From Flavobacteriales bacterium (GTDB taxonomy: Bacteria; Bacteroidota; Bacteroidia; Flavobacteriales_E; Vicingaceae): DNA of 32,000 bases. A model generated the notes under the pieces. The model saw only the letters and a program-made list of their open reading frames with translations. It searched no databases and had not been told where the DNA came from. The stretch covers positions 112,317 through 144,316 of the forward strand of contig JBFWSH010000004.1 in assembly GCA_050248475.1 (NCBI GenBank), in the 5' to 3' direction. Made by a program: the position numbers and the translations under genes. Positions 27,332 through 32,000 of this stretch are shown here, piece after piece. Numbering within the stretch: the first letter of the stretch is position 1; every line of letters begins with the position of its first letter.

Positions 27332-30300
27332 ATGGCTTTTAAGCACGATAATAATACCGACAGTAATTTCTCAAGAATTACCATCAGTTTATCTTCTCCA
27401 GAACTAATCCTAGAAAGATCTAGTGGAGAAGTATTAAAACCTGAAACCATTAACTATAGAACTTATAAACCAGAAAGAGACGGTTTATTTTGCGAAAGAA
27501 TTTTTGGACCAGTAAAAGACTGGGAATGTCACTGTGGTAAATACAAAAGAATCAGATATAAGGGAATTATCTGTGATAGATGTGGTGTTGAAGTAACTGA
27601 GAAAAAAGTACGTAGAGAAAGAATGGGACACATCAACTTGGTTGTTCCTGTTGCTCACATCTGGTATTTTAAATCTTTACCAAACAAAATTGGATATCTT
27701 TTAGGATTACCTACCAAGAAATTAGATACTATCATTTATTATGAAAGATATGTTGTAATTAATGCTGCTTCAGCTATTAATGCTGAAGGAGATCCGGTAC
27801 AATATCTTGACTTTTTATCTGAAGAAGAATACTTAGATATATTAGACACTCTTCCAAAAGAAAACCAATACCTTGATGATAACGACCCAAATAAGTTTAT
27901 TGCTAAAATGGGTGCTGACGCATTATATGAACTACTAAAACGTTTAGATTTAGATAGTTTATCGTATGATTTAAGACATCAAGCTAATACAGAAACATCT
28001 CAACAAAGAAAAAATGAAGCCCTAAAAAGACTTCAAGTTGTTGAATCATTCAGAGCTGCTAATGAAAATATCGAAAACAGACCAGAATGGATGATTGTAA
28101 GAGTTGTTCCTGTTATTCCACCAGAATTAAGACCTCTTGTGCCTCTTGATGGTGGTAGATTTGCTACATCGGATTTAAATGATCTTTATAGAAGAGTTAT
28201 AATCAGAAACAATCGTTTAAAAAGATTAATTGAAATTAAAGCTCCAGATGTTATCTTGCGTAACGAAAAACGTATGTTACAAGAATCTGTTGATGCGTTG
28301 TTTGATAACTCTAGAAAATCTAGCGCTGTTAAAACTGATGCAAATAGAGCTTTAAAATCACTTTCTGATAGCTTAAAAGGTAAATCTGGACGTTTCCGTC
28401 AAAACTTACTTGGTAAACGTGTTGATTATTCTGCACGTTCGGTAATTGTTGTTGGACCAGATTTAAAACTACATGAATGTGGTTTACCTAAAGATATGGC
28501 TGCTGAACTTTACAAACCATTTATTATTAGAAAGTTAATAGAAAGAGGTGTTGTAAAAACGGTGAAATCTGCTAAAAAAATTGTAGATAAAAAAGAGCCT
28601 GTAGTTTGGGATATTTTAGAAAACGTATTAAAAGGGCATCCGGTATTACTTAACCGTGCTCCTACTCTACACAGATTAGGTATTCAAGCTTTCCAACCAA
28701 AATTAATTGAAGGGAAAGCTATTCGTTTACATCCATTAGTGTGTACCGCTTTTAATGCGGATTTTGATGGTGATCAAATGGCGGTTCACTTACCTTTGGG
28801 TAACGCAGCAATTTTAGAAGCTCAATTATTAATGTTAGCTTCTCACAACATCTTAAATCCGGCTAATGGTACACCCGTTACTCTTCCATCTCAGGATATG
28901 GTTTTAGGACTGTATTACATTTCGAAAGAAAGAAGAACAACTAAAGATGAAGTTGTAAAAGGTGAAGGCAAAACATTCTACTCTCCTGAAGAAGTTATTA
29001 TTGCTAACAACGAAGGTAAAGCTGATTTACATGCTTGTATCAAAGTAAGAACTAAAGATATTGAAAACGGTAAATTGGTTGACAAAATTATTGACACTAC
29101 TGTTGGTAGAGTTATTTTCAACCAAATGGTTCCGCAAGAAGTGGGTTATATCAATGAGCTTTTAACAAAAAAATCGTTAAGAGATATTATTGGTAAAATC
29201 TTAAAAATTAGCGGTACTTCAAGAACTGTTCAATTCTTAGATGATATCAAAACATTGGGTTACAATATGGCATTTAAAGGTGGTTTATCATTTAACTTAG
29301 ATGATATTATCATTCCAGCAGAAAAAGAAACCATGATTGCTGATGCTAACGCTCAAGTTGAAGAGGTAATGAACAACTATAACATGGGTTTCATAACCAA
29401 CAACGAACGTTACAACCAAATCATTGATATCTGGACACATACCAATACAAGATTAACAAACACATTAATGACAAGACTAAAAACCGATAATCAAGGTTTT
29501 AACTCTATCTACATGATGTTTGACTCTGGTGCAAGGGGTTCGAAAGAGCAAATTCGTCAGTTATCTGGTATGAGAGGTTTGATGGCTAAGCCACAAAAAT
29601 CTGGTTCAACAGGTCAAGAAATTATCGAAAACCCAATTCTTGCAAACTTTAAAGAAGGTTTATCAGTATTGGAGTACTTTATTTCTACTCACGGTGCTCG
29701 TAAAGGTTTAGCGGATACAGCTCTTAAAACTGCTGATGCTGGTTACTTAACCAGAAGATTGGTTGACGTTGCTCAGGATGTTGTTATTACTGACCCAGAC
29801 TGTGGCACGTTAAGAGGTTTAATGGCAACAGCATTAATGAATAATGATGAAGTTGTTGAAACTTTATTTGATAGAATTATTGGTAGAACAAGTGTTCATG
29901 ATATACAACATCCAAAAACTGAAGAAGTTCTTGTTGAATCGGGTGAATTAATTACTGAAGATATTGCTCAAGCTATTGTTGATGCTGATATTGATGAAGT
30001 TGAAATTCGTTCGGTATTAACTTGTGAATTGAAAAGAGGTGTTTGTGCTAAATGTTACGGACGTAACTTAGCTACAGGTAGAATGGTTCAAAAAGGTGAA
30101 GCTGTTGGTGTAATTGCTGCTCAATCAATTGGTGAGCCAGGTACACAGTTAACACTTAGAACATTCCACATTGGTGGTACCGCTTCTAAAATTACAGGTG
30201 AAAACAACATTGTTGCAAAATACGATGGTAAAGTTGAAATTGAAGAACTAAGAACTATCGACAAAAAATCTAAATCAGGGTCAGAAACTTATGTAATAGG

Positions 30301-31630
30301 TCGTTCTGCTGAAATGAAAATTGTTGATAGCAAAACAGGAGTAGTTTTAACTACAAATAATATTCCTTATGGTTCTCAAATATTTGTTGCTGATGGCGAC
30401 AAAATAACCAAAGGAACCAAAATTTGTGAATGGGATCCATACAATGCAGTTATCTTAACTGAGGTTGATGGTATTGTTGCTTTCGAGAACTTTGAATTAG
30501 GTGTTACTTATAAAGAAGAGTCGGATGAGCAAACAGGATTTACTGAAAAAGTAATTTCAGAAATTAAAGACAAAAAGAAAATTCCTGTACTTACCGTTGT
30601 AAACAGTAAAAAAGAAGTTTTAAGAACATACAACTTACCAGTAGGTTCTCACATCGTTGTAAACGAAGGTGATAAAGTTAATGGTGGTGACATCTTAGTA
30701 AAAATCCCTAGAGTTTCTGGTTCTACATCGGATATTACAGGTGGTTTACCAAGAGTTACCGAGTTATTTGAAGCGAGAAATCCTTCAAATCCAGCGGTTG
30801 TTACTGAAATTGATGGTATTGTATCATTCGGTAAAATTAAAAGAGGTAACAGAGAAATTATTATTGAATCTAAAAGCGGACAAGTTGCTAAGTACTTAGT
30901 TAACTTATCTAAACATATTTTAGTTCAAGAAAACGATTTCGTAAAAGCTGGTTCTCCATTATCTGAAGGCTCTATTACTCCATCTGATATTCTTGCAATT
31001 AAAGGACCTACTGCAGTTCAAGAATACATTGTAAATGAAGTACAAGAAGTTTACCGTTTACAAGGTGTAAAAATTAACGACAAACATTTTGAGGTTATCG
31101 TTAGACAGATGATGAGAAAAGTACTTATTGTTGATCAAGGTGATACAACATTCTTAGAAAACTCTATCGTGAATAAGTTAGATTTTATGACTGAAAACGA
31201 TTGGATTTATGATAAAATGATTGTTACCGATAAAGGTGATTCTGAAGTATTAAAACTAGGTCAAATTTTAACATTACGTCAGTTAAGAGACGAAAACTCT
31301 AAATTGAAACGTATGGATAAAAAAGTGGTTGTTGCAAGACAAGCCGTACCTGCTACTTCAAGCGCTATTATTCAAGGTATTACAAGAGCTTCGTTACAAA
31401 CTGATAGCTTTATATCCGCAGCATCGTTCCAGGAAACTACTAAAGTTTTAAATGAAGCAGCGGTAAGAGGAAAAGTTGACGACTTGTTAGGATTAAAAGA
31501 AAATGTAATTGTAGGTAAATTAATACCTGCTGGTACCGGATTACGAGAGTTTAGAGACATCGTAGTTGGTAACAAAGAAGATTACAATCAACTTTTAGCT
31601 GCTAAAAAAGAAGTAGTCATTGAAGATTAA
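27332..31630 (+). CDS. rpoC: DNA-directed RNA polymerase subunit beta'
   Basis: 1432 aa. Zn-binding [23 protein letters not shown], catalytic [12 protein letters not shown], trigger-loop and bridge-helix blocks. Confidence 0.98.
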   Translation: MAFKHDNNTDSNFSRITISLSSPELILERSSGEVLKPETINYRTYKPERDGLFCERIFGPVKDWECHCGKYKRIRYKGIICDRCGVEVTEKKVRRERMGHINLVVPVAHIWYFKSLPNKIGYLLGLPTKKLDTIIYYERYVVINAASAINAEGDPVQYLDFLSEEEYLDILDTLPKENQYLDDNDPNKFIAKMGADALYELLKRLDLDSLSYDLRHQANTETSQQRKNEALKRLQVVESFRAANENIENRPEWMIVRVVPVIPPELRPLVPLDGGRFATSDLNDLYRRVIIRNNRLKRLIEIKAPDVILRNEKRMLQESVDALFDNSRKSSAVKTDANRALKSLSDSLKGKSGRFRQNLLGKRVDYSARSVIVVGPDLKLHECGLPKDMAAELYKPFIIRKLIERGVVKTVKSAKKIVDKKEPVVWDILENVLKGHPVLLNRAPTLHRLGIQAFQPKLIEGKAIRLHPLVCTAFNADFDGDQMAVHLPLGNAAILEAQLLMLASHNILNPANGTPVTLPSQDMVLGLYYISKERRTTKDEVVKGEGKTFYSPEEVIIANNEGKADLHACIKVRTKDIENGKLVDKIIDTTVGRVIFNQMVPQEVGYINELLTKKSLRDIIGKILKISGTSRTVQFLDDIKTLGYNMAFKGGLSFNLDDIIIPAEKETMIADANAQVEEVMNNYNMGFITNNERYNQIIDIWTHTNTRLTNTLMTRLKTDNQGFNSIYMMFDSGARGSKEQIRQLSGMRGLMAKPQKSGSTGQEIIENPILANFKEGLSVLEYFISTHGARKGLADTALKTADAGYLTRRLVDVAQDVVITDPDCGTLRGLMATALMNNDEVVETLFDRIIGRTSVHDIQHPKTEEVLVESGELITEDIAQAIVDADIDEVEIRSVLTCELKRGVCAKCYGRNLATGRMVQKGEAVGVIAAQSIGEPGTQLTLRTFHIGGTASKITGENNIVAKYDGKVEIEELRTIDKKSKSGSETYVIGRSAEMKIVDSKTGVVLTTNNIPYGSQIFVADGDKITKGTKICEWDPYNAVILTEVDGIVAFENFELGVTYKEESDEQTGFTEKVISEIKDKKKIPVLTVVNSKKEVLRTYNLPVGSHIVVNEGDKVNGGDILVKIPRVSGSTSDITGGLPRVTELFEARNPSNPAVVTEIDGIVSFGKIKRGNREIIIESKSGQVAKYLVNLSKHILVQENDFVKAGSPLSEGSITPSDILAIKGPTAVQEYIVNEVQEVYRLQGVKINDKHFEVIVRQMMRKVLIVDQGDTTFLENSIVNKLDFMTENDWIYDKMIVTDKGDSEVLKLGQILTLRQLRDENSKLKRMDKKVVVARQAVPATSSAIIQGITRASLQTDSFISAASFQETTKVLNEAAVRGKVDDLLGLKENVIVGKLIPAGTGLREFRDIVVGNKEDYNQLLAAKKEVVIED

Positions 31631-31633
31631 ATA

Positions 31634-31724
31634 GAAGCTGGAAGTCGGAAGACCAAAGACCGAAGTCCGAAGACGGGAGATTAGAGTTACTTCTGACTTC
31701 TGTCTTCGGACTTTAAACTTTATA
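31634..31724. repeat. Heptad-phased GC-rich imperfect palindrome downstream of rpoC (8 x RRAGNNN then 5 x CTTYNNN)
   Basis: Read in 7-nt phase from 31634: gaagctg gaagtcg gaagacc aaagacc gaagtcc gaagacg ggagatt agagtta | cttctga cttctgt cttcgga ctttaaa ctttata. Perfect 12-bp complement 31663..31674 / 31702..31713. It probably acts as the rpoC terminator. Confidence 0.7.
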
Positions 31725-31735
31725 AACTATAAAAC

Positions 31736-32000
31736 ATGAACGAAAACCAAAACGATAACCAGTTAAACATAGAATTAACTGAAGAGATAGCTGAAGGAAC
31801 CTATTCTAACCTTGCTATAATAAGTCATTCAAATTCTGAATTTGTAATTGATTTTATTAGAGTAATGCCAGGGGTACCTAAAGCAAAAGTAAAATCAAGA
31901 ATTTTAATGACTCCGGAACATGCAAAACGTTTGTTAAATGCTTTACAAGACAACATACAAAAATTTGAAAGCAAACACGGTAAAGTTAAAGATATTGAAG
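31736..32000 (+). CDS. DUF3467-like small protein, N-terminal part (runs off window end)
   Basis: My translation from ATG 31736 is MNENQNDNQLNIELTEEIAEGTYSNLAIISHSNSEFVIDFIRVMPGVPKAKVKSRILMTPEHAKRLLNALQDNIQKFESKHGKVKDIE. This resembles the conserved small protein I recall downstream of rpoC in Bacteroidota. Not in the ORF track because it has no stop in the window. Confidence 0.65.
   Translation, partial: MNENQNDNQLNIELTEEIAEGTYSNLAIISHSNSEFVIDFIRVMPGVPKAKVKSRILMTPEHAKRLLNALQDNIQKFESKHGKVKDIE

Noticed and set aside
19519-31575. Minus-strand ORFs of 65-118 aa inside tuf, rplA, rplJ, rpoB and rpoC (e.g. 19519..19788, 21851..22123, 24475..24795, 25879..26235, 31372..31575).
   Set aside because: They are antisense shadows of highly conserved genes. 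Their Ser/Pro/Leu-rich translations are the expected reverse-frame product of GAA/GGT/AAA-rich coding sequence.
31631-31681. In-frame continuation after the rpoC TAA stop (IEAGSRKTKDRSPKTGD then TAG), as possible stop-codon read-through.
   Set aside because: It is only 17 codons, lies in the heptad-repeat element whose 7-nt period is non-coding in character, and the rpoC C-terminus already ends like orthologs. Nothing supports recoding.

Overview
AT-rich window (roughly one-third G+C by eye). It looks like conserved core chromosome of a Bacteroidota, class Flavobacteriia-like organism. I call 32 protein genes (2 truncated at the window edges, 1 absent from the ORF track) and 5 tRNAs.

Gene order, left to right:
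- (a) Minus-strand porU-porV-ispF-murB block (type IX secretion sortase and shuttle, then isoprenoid and peptidoglycan genes), packed with 3-nt spacers from porV onward.
- (b) Divergent PorP/SprF-like gene, then gldJ, then murF.
- (c) Housekeeping stretch: acyl-CoA dehydrogenase, anmK, an NSS transporter with a small coupled membrane ORF, a ComEA-like HhH protein, apt and a second acyl-CoA dehydrogenase.
- (d) rpsU, a Xer-type tyrosine recombinase and hpf.
- (e) The classical tRNA(Thr-Tyr-Gly-Thr)-tuf-tRNA(Trp)-secE-nusG-rplKAJL-rpoBC region, followed by the start of a DUF3467-like gene.

Several intergenic regions carry the Bacteroidetes promoter signature (TTTG-N19-21-TAnnTTTG) and clean intrinsic-terminator hairpins. 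These helped me re-call three start codons.

I see no transposase, phage gene, CRISPR array, toxin-antitoxin pair or defence-type gene. I do not find a convincing undescribed multi-gene system; this reads as an ordinary core region.

The observations most worth a second look are small-scale:
- A 48-nt patch, 46/48 identical, shared in inverted orientation by the two otherwise diverged acyl-CoA dehydrogenase paralogs.
- A 13-unit heptad-phased, GC-rich palindromic element right after rpoC.
- An untracked 50-aa membrane ORF overlapping the NSS transporter stop by ATGA.
- A PorP-like/GldJ pairing that mirrors porP-porK.
- The only canonical Shine-Dalgarno sequence in the window, in front of hpf.
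- A promoter nested inside the hpf terminator.

All protein identifications rest on motif and family recognition by eye. No database search was run.
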